This document shows, piece after piece, positions 1 to 12,945 of a stretch of 58,815 nucleotides of DNA (the first letter of the stretch is position 1; each line of letters starts with the position of its first letter). A program made the position numbers and the translations under genes. Below the pieces are notes generated by a model. The model did no database searches, was not told where the DNA came from, and was given only the letters and a program-made list of their open reading frames with translations. The stretch is from Nemertoderma westbladi (taxonomy: Eukaryota > Animalia > Xenacoelomorpha), in the NCBI GenBank assembly GCA_032718475.1, contig JAUCBJ010002390.1, positions 1 through 58,815 of the forward strand, written 5' to 3'.

Positions 1-16
1 ACCACTGAATTATTGC

Positions 17-377
17 AAATGGCGGTTTTCCATATCCTCCAAAATAAATTATCCTGTAACCATGGCTGCATGGAGAGTTAGTTAGTTCTACAGCAGTAGG
101 CCTACAGTACCGGTAGCTGAGTAGGCCTACATCAGTACATTGGTAATATACTCTACACTGTGTCCGGTAATTGCCGGTAAATGCCTACATCTGTCTGTCT
201 GTACAATGTACAGTCTGTCAGTCTGTACATGTCTCTACAGCACTAGGCCTACTGCAGTACTGGAACAGGCTGACAGGCAGACTGCTGGACTAGTAACTGG
301 TACAGGCCTAACCGAACAGCTGATCGGGCAACTCTGATCAGGTAATTTATTTTGGAGGATATGGAAAACCGCCATTT
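17..377. mobile_element. Small MITE-like element bounded by a perfect 35-bp inverted repeat
   Basis: AAATGGCGGTTTTCCATATCCTCCAAAATAAATTA at 17-51 and its exact reverse complement at 343-377. The interior is non-coding and rich in TAGGCCTA/CAGTAC motifs. No clear TSD. Confidence 0.55.
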
Positions 378-469
378 AATTTAAATATGTAATTGACATC
401 TTACAGTTGTATGATTAAGTCCGGTACTTTCCCAAGTGTGTTATTTTTTGGTGTAGATTTTAATTACAG

Positions 470-541
470 CTGTGTTCGCCTATGTTCCGCCTGTATTCTA
501 TTGTGTTCTGCTGTGTTCTACTGTGTTCTGCTGTGTTCTGT
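470..541. repeat. Short 10-bp minisatellite (CTGTGTTCTG-like)
   Basis: About 7 degenerate tandem copies are visible. Confidence 0.6.
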
Positions 542-555
542 AAAAAGAACTATCC

Positions 556-1656
556 ATCATTAGAAACCCCAATCTTCTTGATATACTGAAGGTTAGAGAG
601 ACCGGTTACATATAACAATTGCGACTTACATTATATTGGTTTTGGAGTGAATCTAATGCTATTTCATAGGCACTACATGAGTCAGTGGTTGTTCTCTTTA
701 TATGTGACTAAAATTAGTGAAGGTCGGCAGATCGGTGTGCAGCATTGTGCGGTAGTGTGCATGATTGTGAATGATAACGAAGCATCTCCTAAAGAATGCG
801 CTTTATACGTGAATCCATAGCCATCCCGTTGTGTCTAGTGTAAGTCATAACTCTGTTTACATATTTAGAGCGCCACGTCCTAAAGGAACTGTTAATATTT
901 CCCGAAAGTGAATAATATTGGTCAGAGATTATATATTAACAATCAGTCGAATAATACAGTAGGCCTACTGTAGGCCTACAGTAGGCCTACTGTATTATTC
1001 GATTGGGGTTTCTAATGATTCAGCGATATTATCCAATATAATAATATTCCATCAAACAACTGATATAATTAATAACCGACAGTAAATAGCAGTAAAAATG
1101 CGGTGTTTTGATTGATTAGGTATGAATTGTGTAGTTAGTTTGATAACGGTTATACGTTCTATGATCAAGCCTACTAATGTTTTGCTAAAGCAGAAAACAC
1201 AGAGATTCCAAAGCCGGTCTTCTAGGCTCGGGAAAACCAACACAACTGATCCCTCTGGGCTGTTGTAGGTATCTTTCAACACAAAGAGAAACAGCTCTCA
1301 TTGGCCGAGTTCCAGATTCTGTAGGTTCCACGAATGTCTAAATGCCGAACTATTCGGGTTTTTGCAGCCCATATTCAACACAAGGCGAAATCGCTCTGAT
1401 TGGTGGATCATTGTTCTGATTGGTTGATCGAACAGAACAAAGAGCCTATAGGCGTACAGCAAATCGGTTGGTAGATTGCGTCATTTGAGTTAGGTAGTTT
1501 AGAGTATTTGAGCGCATTGTGGGAAACTGGCTTTTTATGTCCGCTAAAGCACACATGCAGACACAGCGGATAAATCGCTAGTTATGTCCTCTAAAAACAC
1601 CTTACACAGTACATTGCGGAGAAAAGGGCCAGTTATATCCCGCAAAAGCTTTTACA
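556..1656 (-). mobile_element. Rearranged, truncated solo LTR of a third variant of the BEL/Pao family
   Basis: The minus strand from 1656 starts TGTAAAAGCTTTTG, the terminus shared with the LTRs of elements A and B. About 1001-1656 is the LTR 5' part on the minus strand. About 556-960 matches LTR 13550-13920 on the plus strand (e.g. AGAGCGCCACGTCCTAAAGGAACTGTTAATATTTCCCGAAAG). Confidence 0.85.
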
Positions 1657-1659
1657 ACT

Positions 1660-2132
1660 TCTATAATTTTTGAGTAATTAGTCTGAAACTTCCTGTGGGT
1701 GTCTAGATAGCCACCCTGCATAAAAGTATCAGACAACTTTTCGAAATTTTTTGTTAATAAAATTTAATACTATTTATAAAAAACCTAAAAATTAGCATAA
1801 ATTTGCAGCGGCACGTAGCGGTGCAGAATTATTTTAAAAAAATTTCGCCTGATAGTTATGTTGCCCCATCTTTGATCTATCATATAAAAAAACTTTCATG
1901 TGATTAGGTTGAAAACTCTAAAAGCCTTAGGGTTTTAAGCGCAACCAAGTTTTTTTTATTGTTAACTAGTATTAACTAATATTAAATAGCGGAAAAAATT
2001 TTTTTCTGACCTGTCATGTAGAATAGCATCTTAGGCACCTATATGCCAAATTTTAGCCAAAATCAAACAATTTTGAAACGCTGAGAGTGATAAATCGAAG
2101 AGTTGTCCGAAAATGGTGTAGCCCCCCCTTAA
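1660..2132. mobile_element. Probable end of a non-autonomous DNA transposon (TTAA-flanked, Kolobok/piggyBac-like terminus)
   Basis: Ends ...GTAGCCCCCCCTTAA. The partner terminus was not found, so the left limit is approximate. Confidence 0.25.
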
Positions 2133-4261
2133 TTTCAAAAAGTGGAGAAATCGAGTCAACCTTGCTGCCACCTCACCTTGTAAGTATGTTTAAACACCTA
2201 TATATCCAAAGCCAAACCAAGCGTATATTTGGAAAAAAGTTTAGTATCCATCATCAATGTACCTTCTCCCATTATACTGTAATGAGGGGGATATGATAAT
2301 ACTGTACCTGATTGGATGCATGTTCTTCCAGCTCCATCATCAATCCTCTCTCTCTCTCTCTCTCTGCTGTATTGAAATTGTACTACGTCATGTAAACCAC
2401 TAACGTATCTGCCTACAAAATAAACTTCATTGCATTGAGTTATACAAATGCACCAAATAGACGGAGGCGGAATTGGAATGAACTGATGCACTTGACACCT
2501 CAGATGATTTCTAATACAGCAATAATTTTATCACATACATTAACTACTCGACTAAGAATATTCTATTTGCTCGGATGACATCATCGCATACCAATTAAGA
2601 ATACGTACATACATAATTATGTATTTATTATTAAATAAAGATGATTTAGTATTCAAGAATGTTATTATCGATTGAATCATCTTTGCAGAAATAATCTAGG
2701 AATAATTATGATAAATATTAAAAATATATAAATGGAAGTGAATATACTAAAAGAACTAACCTCTCTTTTGCGGTAGGTGTTAAGTCATTTGTTTGTGTCA
2801 TATCTGAGTCATCTTCAATTGCATTTGTAGTTGTAGTCATGGTAACCTGTGAAGGAGTATTATCTGAAATGCCATTTAGATGTCACTTGTCATTTTAAAG
2901 TGATTTGTAGTCACATCTTGATTGTTTTTTATTGACATAAATATTTGTTAAATTCATTATTTTGAAACAGAGTGGAATGAGATTAAATTGATGAAAAATA
3001 AAAATATTTCAAACATGGGTATATCTTTGGAACCTTATATCACCGTTATAACATAACAGGTTTAGCTCTCAGTATACCAAAATTTTCCAAAACTAATATT
3101 CAATAAAACGTGGCAATTTGTTTTTAAAGTAATGGTATTGTTCTAGAATGTTAGCTATTTTTCTAAAACATGTCAGTTTTTATTTAGCAGCGTTCCCATG
3201 GTAACAATAATTATATTCCAGAATTTTATGTCACATTTAGAATTGTTAGACCAGTAGCTATCTTTTTCAAAAGATGCGATAAATTTATATTGAGTTATTA
3301 GAATACTACAGCATGTTTGTTGTTTTACCATTTCTATGACAACCGGTGATAACACCAAGTCAGCTACCGATTCAGATTTGTTATCATATCAAAATGAATG
3401 GCCAGAAGCTAGGTCTTCCCAAAAATATAAGTTCCGGGTGGTTACCAAAAAGTATCCCCTATGCTGGCTGGCCCATGGACTAATACAGTAACTACAGGTC
3501 AGTAACTATTGCACGAATAGGCTATCCCATAAATTAAGAAAAATATAGGACATTTTGTCCGCCGAAAAGGTAAGTCTAAGTAATAAATTTTATAAAAATA
3601 AAAGGCCTTAGTGCCTGAGTACTAATAGTGGCCCAAGTGGCCCTAAATGCTAGGTAGTATCTGAGGGAATAAGACCCCATTTCCTAATTTATTTATAATA
3701 TTTGTTTATTAAATTATGTCTTCAATGTTTATATTGATAATTATGTGTGTTGATTTTACATTCTTCTTTTTATGTCTTATCCTTTGGCCATTTTAATCTA
3801 GGCCTACTGTAAACTGCCGTAGGCCTATCAATTTCATTATATTTTACTGGATATGCAATTTAACTTCTTCTTTCATTTAACTTTCAACGCAATCAAATAT
3901 ACTGTAACTGTAAGCTATTGGCTTTCGTTTATTTCTAGATTTAGGCCATGATTTAGATGATAATGATTTAGGTCATGATGATAGAGGGCCATGATTTATT
4001 TTTGCTGTTAATTCGAGATGGGATTTGAATCCCATCGGATTACTCGAGAGAGGACAGATGATATACTATATAAAGAAACAGATGTCCGTGGTAGGATGGA
4101 TGAGAGCTGTTGCTTTCAAAACAAAACATCCAAAACATCTCAATGTTGAAGTACTGTTCAAGTCCCTTAGGCTATACGGTTGATAAAGAGGGGCAGATGG
4201 GGGTCAGGGTTGACTGGTAGACTATAATCCCCGCGATTTCAGGTTACTCAATAAACATATA

Positions 4262-4860
4262 CAGGGTGTCCCACAAAATTTGACACGGTTAGGTTTCGTT
4301 TTCAAATAACTCCGCTGCACCTTAATAAAATTCGGGATTGTTGGTATCATTAGAAAGCTAGAGTGCTAACTTAATGAAAGAAACTTGTTGGAAACAATTA
4401 TGTTGCTATGGGAACCACCTGCGGCAGTTTGTAAAGTAACAAGGGTTTTCGAAAGGTGCATTAATAATTAATTTTAAGAATAAAAATTTTAAGCATTTTA
4501 AAGCATTTAAAATTACACTAACTTAAGATTGCCATGGGTCTTGAATGATTTCGTTGCAATAGAAACCTCCTGCTTTTAGTGTCTCCAAACATTTTAACTT
4601 TATAGTTTTTAAATTTCATGTTATAAATGATTCATTTGCAATTATTGTATTTTAAGAATGTTTTGGAAAATTTCCATATTGTTTTGAGATTTTGTATAAT
4701 TAGAAAGACAATTTTAATTTGTAAACTAGTCATACTGTATTTGATTTGATTTAGCTAGACTATACACAAGATATACATACCACATAAAAAATAAGTCCCA
4801 AGAAATTTGACCCGTTTTCGTTTTCAAATAACTCCGCTGCACCTTAATAAAATTGAGTCG
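4262..4860 (+). mobile_element. Tc1/mariner-type MITE fragment(s)
   Basis: TA|CAGGGTGTCCCA terminus at 4260-4273. The subterminal block GTTTTCAAATAACTCCGCTGCACCTTAATAAAATT occurs at about 4298 and again at about 4820. No second TIR was seen. Confidence 0.45.
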
Positions 4861-5280
4861 AGATAGCACCCAAAGAATTACAAAACGGTCAGAAGTAAAT
4901 GGAAATTTAAGCCATATAAAATTCAAATGATCCATGGTCTAAAACCTTCTGATTACCCCACAAGATCTCACTTCGGTTAATTGATTGATTTGGTTTATGT
5001 TGCATTACAATCAGCATCCCTGAAAACATTTATAACCTGAAAATCAATGTATTTGAACCAGTTTTAAATCGTTTGCAAAGTGATCGGTCTTATCTAGGGG
5101 AGATGGGGGTGTGCTAATTCGATTGTGTCGGAGAAATAAACCTCATGACTGTAGTCAATTAAAAATTAACAATCACCTACTTATTTTATATTTAATTCAC
5201 TTCAAAGGAAACATCTTTCCAATAATGATAAAATACAAATATAGTTCAGTACAAATAGAACAATTTTGTTACCGGTAACT

Positions 5281-6702
5281 TTAAGATTTATGAACAGAAT
5301 TGACATGGGTGTTTAGGTAGGCTTTCCGACTGAATTCTTTATTACAATAAACGCACTTATGTTTGATACCTTTATGTATAGAGTCGACATGTTGTTTTAG
5401 TTTGGCTTTTGTAGCAAATGATTTTCCACAATCAAAACAGTTGTACTTGATATCTTTATGTATAGAGTCGACATGTTGTTTTAGTTCGGCTTTTGTAGCA
5501 AATGGTTTTCCACAATCAAAACAGTTGTACTTGATATCTTTATGAAAGTAGTTCACATGGGTGTTTAGAGGCCCTTTCTGGTTGAATTCTTTATTACAAT
5601 AAACGCACTTATATTTGATATCTTTATGTATAGAGTCGACATGTCGTTTTAGGTCGGCTTTTCTAGTAAATGATTTTCCACAATCAAAACAGTTGTACTT
5701 GATATCTTTATGTATAGAGTCGACATGTTGTTTTAGTTCGGCTCTTTTAGCAAATGATTTTCCACAATCGGAGCAGCTATACTTGATGATACCTTTGTGG
5801 GCAAAGTTAATGTGGGTGTTTAGATTCCATTGCCGGCTGAATTCTTTATTACAATAATCGCATTTATGTTTTATATCTTTGTGAACGGATTCGATATGTT
5901 GTTTTAGTTGGCATTTTCTAGCAAATGATTTTCCGCAATGAAAACAGTTGTACTTGATATCTTTATGTATAGAGTCGACATGTCGGTTTAGTTCGGCCTT
6001 TGTAGCAAATGATTTTCCACAATCAAAACAGTTGTACTTGATGATACCTTTGTGTGCAAAGTTAATGTGGGTGTTTAGATTCGTTAGCTGACTAATTTTT
6101 TTACTACAATAATCGCACTTATGTTTGATACGTTTATGGATAGCGTCAACATGCTTCTTTACATAATTTTCCATTTTAAACAGTTTCTCACAATAATCGC
6201 ATTTATACTTATTCTTGACGTCTTTATGAACGGATTCTATATGTCTCTCTAAATTCCCTTCGTCATTAAATAATTCATTGCAATGCAAACAGGAACTGGT
6301 ATCTGAAGAAGATACCAACTCCCCAACCGTTTCATTAGAACTACCGGATTCTGTTGTTGCACAACTGATTGTCGGTTCTGTACCTTCAGTTCCAATAGGC
6401 CTACCATAAGAACAGTCTGGGTCGTCGTTTTCCCGTTTTTCAACAATAAAAGAATCTCCAGATGGTTCATAGGAAATATCTTCGTCATCTAGTACAGGGA
6501 AAACATCTACTCTACCGAACAAATTGTTGTGATCTTCGATGGGAGATGGTCCGTAAACGCACTTCTCTTGTTTGACATCAAGATAATAGGGGGTGGAGTC
6601 TGTTGGTTCTCTCTTTATAATTATACAGTCTGTATGTTCGTTCTTTATAACTATACCGGCGCCAGACGATTTCTCTTTCAATAAATTAATATGTTGATCC
6701 AT
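5281..6702 (-). CDS. C2H2 zinc-finger protein with 12 tandem fingers (473 aa from the first ATG), single coding exon as seen
   Basis: 12 Cx2C-x12-Hx4H units, from CLHC...HIESVH to CVYC...HVNSVH. The acidic N-terminus has IKxE-like motifs. The track ORF starts at a TTG (6744); the first ATG is at 6702. Confidence 0.9.
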   Translation of the reverse strand: MDQHINLLKEKSSGAGIVIKNEHTDCIIIKREPTDSTPYYLDVKQEKCVYGPSPIEDHNNLFGRVDVFPVLDDEDISYEPSGDSFIVEKRENDDPDCSYGRPIGTEGTEPTISCATTESGSSNETVGELVSSSDTSSCLHCNELFNDEGNLERHIESVHKDVKNKYKCDYCEKLFKMENYVKKHVDAIHKRIKHKCDYCSKKISQLTNLNTHINFAHKGIIKYNCFDCGKSFATKAELNRHVDSIHKDIKYNCFHCGKSFARKCQLKQHIESVHKDIKHKCDYCNKEFSRQWNLNTHINFAHKGIIKYSCSDCGKSFAKRAELKQHVDSIHKDIKYNCFDCGKSFTRKADLKRHVDSIHKDIKYKCVYCNKEFNQKGPLNTHVNYFHKDIKYNCFDCGKPFATKAELKQHVDSIHKDIKYNCFDCGKSFATKAKLKQHVDSIHKGIKHKCVYCNKEFSRKAYLNTHVNSVHKS

Positions 6703-8994
6703 TATCAAATCTTCAATAAATATTAATAAATAAATAAAATACAAGTGGCAGTAATTTAAGGTATGTTAAGCTATATATCTCTATTATAAATTCAAACTCG
6801 TATATTTACTCGTATATATATATATAGAAAGAAAGAAATAGAGAAATACACCGCAACCGCACCATTAACTTTTATAATAAAATTTATGTAAAAATAGTGA
6901 GAGGGCAGGGTGGGTGGTGGTAATGCGTGTTTTTGCCATTGGAACAGCAACAGCGAAGCTAGTGTAGCTGGTTCCAATGGCGTTATTACTCTTGAGATGG
7001 GGAGGTGGTATGTGGGGGGGGGGGGGGGGTGGTGGTGGGGGGGGGGGGGTGTGCAAAATTTGGATGTAGATAGTAATAATTATAATTCTGGGCTTAATAC
7101 ATCATGAGGCTCGCAGCTTACCGCGGTTCGTGTAGGTTGGTGGAAGGATTGGAGTAAAGAGCAAAGGGAGAGTGGAACGCCGCCAACTCGCCAATTTCCT
7201 TGATTTGTTTTCACAGGTTTTCACAGGATTTGTTTACTTACTCCAGGTATTGTTTGGTATATTTGCATTTTTCTAAAAATAATAATAAGAAGACTGGTAC
7301 AAGACTGACATAACTTCTGAACTAATCAGGTAGGTACCAGTACGATTCGAGAGTACAGGTTTTTGGTGATTTATTATATATTAGTAATTGGCAATTCATT
7401 TAAAGACACAGTGTGCTCGGATGTACTGGGAACTACGTATGGTCGCGGTCACCAGAGCAAACTCTTTGGAACTTAATGAATTAACTACGTACAGTAATAC
7501 ATAAATAATAACTCAAGTTATCCTGTAGCTGATTATGAAACTGTAACCTGTTCTATGACTGCCGTATATTGTTTTGGTTATAGTTACAAGCCACTGTAAG
7601 AGTAACCTGCTCAAGTACTTGTATTTTGAAGAATACGATCATTGCGGTTCCAATGAGCCTAAAGACAATGCAATAGGTGTACCAGAAGTTGGTCACCAGG
7701 AGGATAGAAGGCACGCATGCCACATAGCCGCATCAGTTAAAACCTTCCACTCATGTATGGGGTGTGGCGCCTCTTAGGCTAAACTTTTTCAAATTTTCTG
7801 AAGATTTCTTTGCCATGTTTTTGCGCTATTTGAAACATTATTTTGAGGTATCAGCAGGATATTTAACTTAGTTATTGCTCAGAATCAGCAAGCCTAAATC
7901 TGTAAATGTACTCATACAAAATCATACAGACATATGGAAAACACTGCAAACCAGAAATTGATCAGCAGGAAAACAAGGATAGTGCTGAGCATTGAGCTGT
8001 ATGCTGATTAAATTACTATTCCTCAGTTGGCAACCGAGAAAAGCCACAACGCCAGCTTTCTTTCGATTTCTTTCTTTCTAAAATGACAGGCAGTCCGAGT
8101 CCCAGTCTGCCAGTAGTAACCAAAATAATAAACGAGCATGATTTGGTGAATTGTGTGTTTAAACTGGTAACTTTCTGAATGTGTAGGGGTATTTGGTAAA
8201 TTATAACATAAACATTCCCGTATGTCTCCCATTCCGACGATTTTCTTAATCCCCAATCTATGAAAGTTCGCTAACCGAACCCGGAACCACGAACCGATCT
8301 CAACTAACCCGCGGACAGCGGACTAACTCATTAAGAGTTCGAGGTGGTAATGTAATCTGTTTCTATTCGATTATATTACAGGATTATTCGATGAATTTAA
8401 GTGCTGATGTCAGTACGTGGCGTCGGGGGTGATAGGCTGATAGGCCTATTTGCTTATCGCCTATCTGCCTAGGCCTATATGTTTGTATATCGGAATTCGA
8501 TATATTCGGTCTTCTGAGGGACTGCTGGTAGCAACGCTCTACCGGCACCGGCCACCTTAATATGCGAAACATCCTCGGTATACCAACCCAACTATTGGCG
8601 AAATGGCGACAGTTTACTTACGGCTGTACGGTAAGTTTAGACGTTTACGTAACATGCAACCGTACATAAAATAAGATACGCTAGTTGCCAGTCAGCCAGC
8701 ACTTTACGTCGAGTTGGCCTATGGACACGATCATCCGAATACTCTGTACATGTGTTTTAAATTAATCGCTAATACTGTAATACAGTACGGTAATAGTGTT
8801 GTGATGCTATAATGGAAATGACTGGGCCTACTGTACTTACTGACAGGGACAGCCTGTCTTCAGGCATAGTTCCTGAGTTCTGACTCCAACTAAACGAAAG
8901 ACTAAGCTATACCGTCACACCTAAGCCTATTGAGTATTGAATTGAGCTCCATTTTCAAGTTCAGATCACATTGTGTCTGCCAACTAGGCCTACT

Positions 8995-9345
8995 AGGGTA
9001 CAACTTTTCGCCACATCCGTACAGCCGTATGCATTTGCCGTATCCCTATGTACATACTGATTACTGACATACGCGTATGTAATGGATTCCTATGAAGAAT
9101 AATCCGGGTTTGGCTTTTTGCCGTATGTGTACGTAGATGAAATTGTTCCCGTAGCCTACCGTAGGCTACCGTGCGTAATGTGGGACGTATTTCTGGGGTA
9201 AATCTTTTCGACCTACGCGTAGTTCGCAACATTGGGTCATATATCACCAGTTTCAGAGTTTTAACAATAACTACGCGTAGGTCCTACGCGACCTACGCGT
9301 AGGTGCTACGTATAACTACGCGTAGGTGCTACCCATAACTATGCC
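8995..9345 (+). repeat. TACGCGTA-rich repeat, probable MITE end
   Basis: GGGTAAATCTTTTCGACC at about 9195 is followed by repeated CTACGCGTAG. The same terminus occurs reverse-complemented at about 41858-41875. Confidence 0.45.
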
Positions 9346-9480
9346 TATACGTCGTTTATCATTAGTAGGCCTACGTATTCCAAGCGAGTCAGTACTAAAA
9401 TAAGACACAATACGGTATGTTCAATAAACAACCCACAACCATCAAATGCTTTCAACAGTAATGTATCCTATACCGGTATA

Positions 9481-10723
9481 CAGTCCATATCTCATTCTAG
9501 ATACTGTTTCTCAAACTGGGTACCTTTTCTCTTACCTCACTCTTACTAACTCAAACCTGTCTGGTTTACTCAAACCCAACTCAACCTCGCGTAACCACCC
9601 ACTGTGCACTGTGTAGCATTCATACAACAAGCTGTCTGTGTTTAATGGCCCACTCGCTTCTGTTATACTCTGCCTACGGGTTTGATGGTCTCCTGCTGTT
9701 ATAACATTCCCTAAACTTGATTTGTTTGTGTGTAATTAACACACATTAACTTTGTGTGTAGACAGTGAGAATTAAGTTGCAGACTCAGTGACTCAATTTA
9801 TTTTTAAATTTCAGAATAAATAAAATATATGCTAAATTATAAACGGACGATTTATTAATTTTTTATTACATTTATTAAGTATGTATGACTCATAACATAT
9901 TAACGTTATTTTACATTAAAATATAATCATATAATATAACCAACCAATTTTATAAATTTATTTTAATGTCGCGTATATTTCGCTAATGTTTCTAATGTTT
10001 AACTTTAATGTTTTACTAAGTTTAATTCTCTATTACATCGTCAACACAATTATTCGCAATACATCTGGGTGTGGGTATATACCGGGCAAAGGGGCCAGAG
10101 GAAACCTCTGTAATTATAGACAGGGCCATATTTATGGGAGGGGGGGGGGGGGGGGGGGGGGTGTTGCGAGGTCTAATTCTTAATTAACCAGTCGATTTTT
10201 AAACTGATATGTCTTGTAAGGCACCAAATTGACATCAAACAGACAGATAACAGAGCAACAATTTCCCACAACAATATGATCCCAGAATTAAAACTTTCTC
10301 TACAAACAGACCGAGCCAGTGTCGTTTAGTTAACAACATACATTTAGTAAAGCCCACAAAGGAAAAGGAACTGCGTGATTGACATGTCTTTTATGAGACA
10401 CACGCAAGCCGGCCTGCCCAGCTTAAGAGCCCAAGCAACAGACAGAGGCCCCTTCTCCATGTGGTGCCTCACCACTCAACCAGAGTAATTATCCATCCCG
10501 TACAGGAAGAGTAATGCTGAGAATGGCACAGTTGGAAGTCAACCTAACTCAAACCATGGCGCCAGACTCTAGTTTGAGTTAGATTGAGCTGGCTGCATCT
10601 TTCTGATTTCTCAACTCTTACCCCAGTCTTACCTACTGAAATTCTCCGTTGACTATCATTAGTAAAAGGTTTGAGAAATGATACCCAGTTTGAGAAATAA
10701 TATTCAGAATGAGATAGGGACTG
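9481..10723. mobile_element. Tc1/mariner-type MITE, copy 1 (1243 bp)
   Basis: TA|CAGTCCATATCTCATTCT ... AGAATGAGATAGGGACTG|TA, with imperfect TIRs of about 45 bp and a TA TSD. A near-identical copy lies at 40225-41501. No transposase ORF. Confidence 0.92.
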
Positions 10724-11029
10724 TACTCTATGTAGTGGCATACGATAAGACTGCATATTCTTCACTGCATGCGTTGCGGGCGGTAAAATGTGTTAATAAT
10801 TAATGTTTAGAGTTCAAAAATAGTTTACAAAGGAAATAGGCCGATGGTTCTTATCGATTCTCTATGCTTTTTATTGCCTTTGTTCACGATAGGGCAAGGA
10901 TATACTGTATTTAATATGTTAACCCCTTGAAAAGGGAAGGGGGAGATTGGTTGCACTTGTTATTTAACCAAACAATTTGATTATATGCAGTATTTATCAG
11001 CTTTATCAGCTACAGTGACTTTATGGGTG

Positions 11030-11460
11030 TGAGATATTTACGACAGGTGATCTTGACGGCTTGGATCATGTGAGACGGACCCGCGCGTTTTACTGGAAGA
11101 TGTGGGCGGGTATCTCAAAGTACTCCTCTTCAACGGACTTACTCGAAGTTATAGATAATAACGGTACGGGCAGCACTGGCCTAGACATCGAGCCCCTATA
11201 CGGGTTCAGGCGTCGCGCGGCCGCTCAGCTGATCGTTAACGGCTGCCACCAACGATGCTGCGACACGCCAAAATGCTGGCGACCGACTGATACCTGCATA
11301 TGCAAACTGTGTCACCGCGCTGCGGATACGAACTTACCTTATACAATCTGCGAGGGGATCCCACCAAACACCACATCGTTACGGAAAGCAATATTTTTAA
11401 TGACCCTGGAACTCTAACACTTTTAATAATAATATGCAATAATAATAATAATTTTAATAA
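11030..11460 (+). mobile_element. 5'-truncated non-LTR retrotransposon 3' end (Cys/His-rich C-terminus)
   Basis: The translation R..AAQLIVNGCHQRCC...CICKLC resembles the C-terminus of the LINE fragment at about 43970-44075. It is followed by an (AAT)n-like tail. Confidence 0.45.
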
Positions 11461-12039
11461 CTTTATTTATTTTAATAATTTAGTAAACCACCTCTTAACA
11501 ACCTACCTAGTTTCTGCGCTACCAGCAGTATATTCAACATGCATATTTCATCTTATTTATCCGAATGTTTGGATGATAATTAAATAATTCATATTTAAAT
11601 AATCCAATGGAAACAAAGATACTTGAATCATGAGACGTGAATTTTAAGTTTACTCTTTATTCATCCTGTGTTTGTATGTGAAAGAGCCGAATATTATTTA
11701 TGGCAGTGATTTTTTATGTCAATTTATTTGACTTTTTTTGTCACTTTTTTTTTACGAATTATGCATAATGACTTTTGTTGTCCATTTAATGACTTTTATT
11801 GTCACTTTTTATGTATGTATTTCTTCAAACTGTCAGACTGCTGATTTCTGGACTGTCAGACAGTTGATTTCACTATGCCTGTGCCAAAACATTCCATGAT
11901 TCCATGATTTATAGACTATGAGATAGATTTCCATATGCGCCTGTGGTAAAAAGACTCTATATTTAATAGTTTGTGGTTGTTGTCGATAATCGATTACCAC
12001 ATGACGTAGCAAAACACTCATTTTATAGCCAAAAACAAT

Positions 12040-12945
12040 TACCAATTGATGGAAAGGAGCAGGTTAAGGCCGAGTTTTCTAACCAAAACAATAAACAGTC
12101 ACTTTACCAAATCAGGGAAAAGAGCAGGTTACAGAGACGGGATTTTCTAACCAAAACAATAAACGATCATTTAACTAATTGAGGGAAAGGAGCAGGTTAC
12201 AGAGACGGGATTTTCTAACCAAAACAATAAACGATAACATTACCAATTGAGAGAAAGGAGCAGGTTACAGAGGCGGGATTTTCTAACCAAAACAATAAAC
12301 GATAACATTACCAATTGAGGGAAAGGAGCAGGTTACAGAGGCGGGATTTCCTAACCAAAACAATAAATGATCACTTAAACTAATTGAGGGAAAGGAGCAG
12401 GTTACAGAGGCGGGATTTTGTAACCAAAACAATAAACAGTCACTTTACCAAATCAGGGAAAGGAGCAGGTTACAGAGACGGGATTTTCTAACCAAAACAA
12501 TAAACGATCATTTAACTAATTGAGGGAAAGGAGCAGGTTACAGAGACGGGATTTTCTAACCAAAACAATAAACGATAACATTACCAATTGAGAGAAAGGA
12601 ACAGGTTACAGAGGCGGGATTTTCTAACCAAAACAATAAACGATAACATTACCAATTGAGGGAAAGGAGCAGGTTACAGAGGCGGGATTTCCTAACCAAA
12701 ACAATAAATGATCACTTAAACTAATTGAGGGAAAGGAGCAGGTTACAGAGGCGGGATTTTGTAACCAAAACAATAAACAGTCACTTTACCAAATCAGGGA
12801 AAGGAGCAGGTTACAGAGACGGGATTTTCTAACCAAAACAATAAACGATCATTTAACTAATTGAGGGAAAGGAGCAGGTTACAGAGACGGGATTTTCTAA
12901 CCAAAACAATAAACGATCATTTAACTAATTGAGGGAAAGGGGCAG
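12040..12945 (+). repeat. 68-bp tandem array (about 13 units) with a 5-unit, 341-bp higher-order repeat
   Basis: Unit GGGAAAGGAGCAGGTTACAGAGGCGGGATTTTCTAACCAAAACAATAAAC plus an 18-19 nt variable part. AAAGG anchors at 12186, 12254, 12322, 12391, 12459 and 12527. The array is split by element A and resumes at 28020. Confidence 0.95.

Noticed and set aside
2300-2863. Possible minus-strand exons (2761-2863 has TTTCAG and GTTAGT borders)
   Set aside because: The peptide is low-complexity with no recognisable homology, and I could not build a consistent gene model. RNA-seq would be needed.
6865-7107. Proline-rich and glycine-rich short ORFs
   Set aside because: Artefacts of the poly-G tract at about 7014-7049. 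The same applies to the poly-C at 57443-57468.
12040-12945. CRISPR-like look of a constant ~50 bp plus variable ~18 bp
   Set aside because: The variable parts are related to each other and recur in a 5-unit cycle. There are no cas genes and the context is eukaryotic, so this is a tandem repeat.
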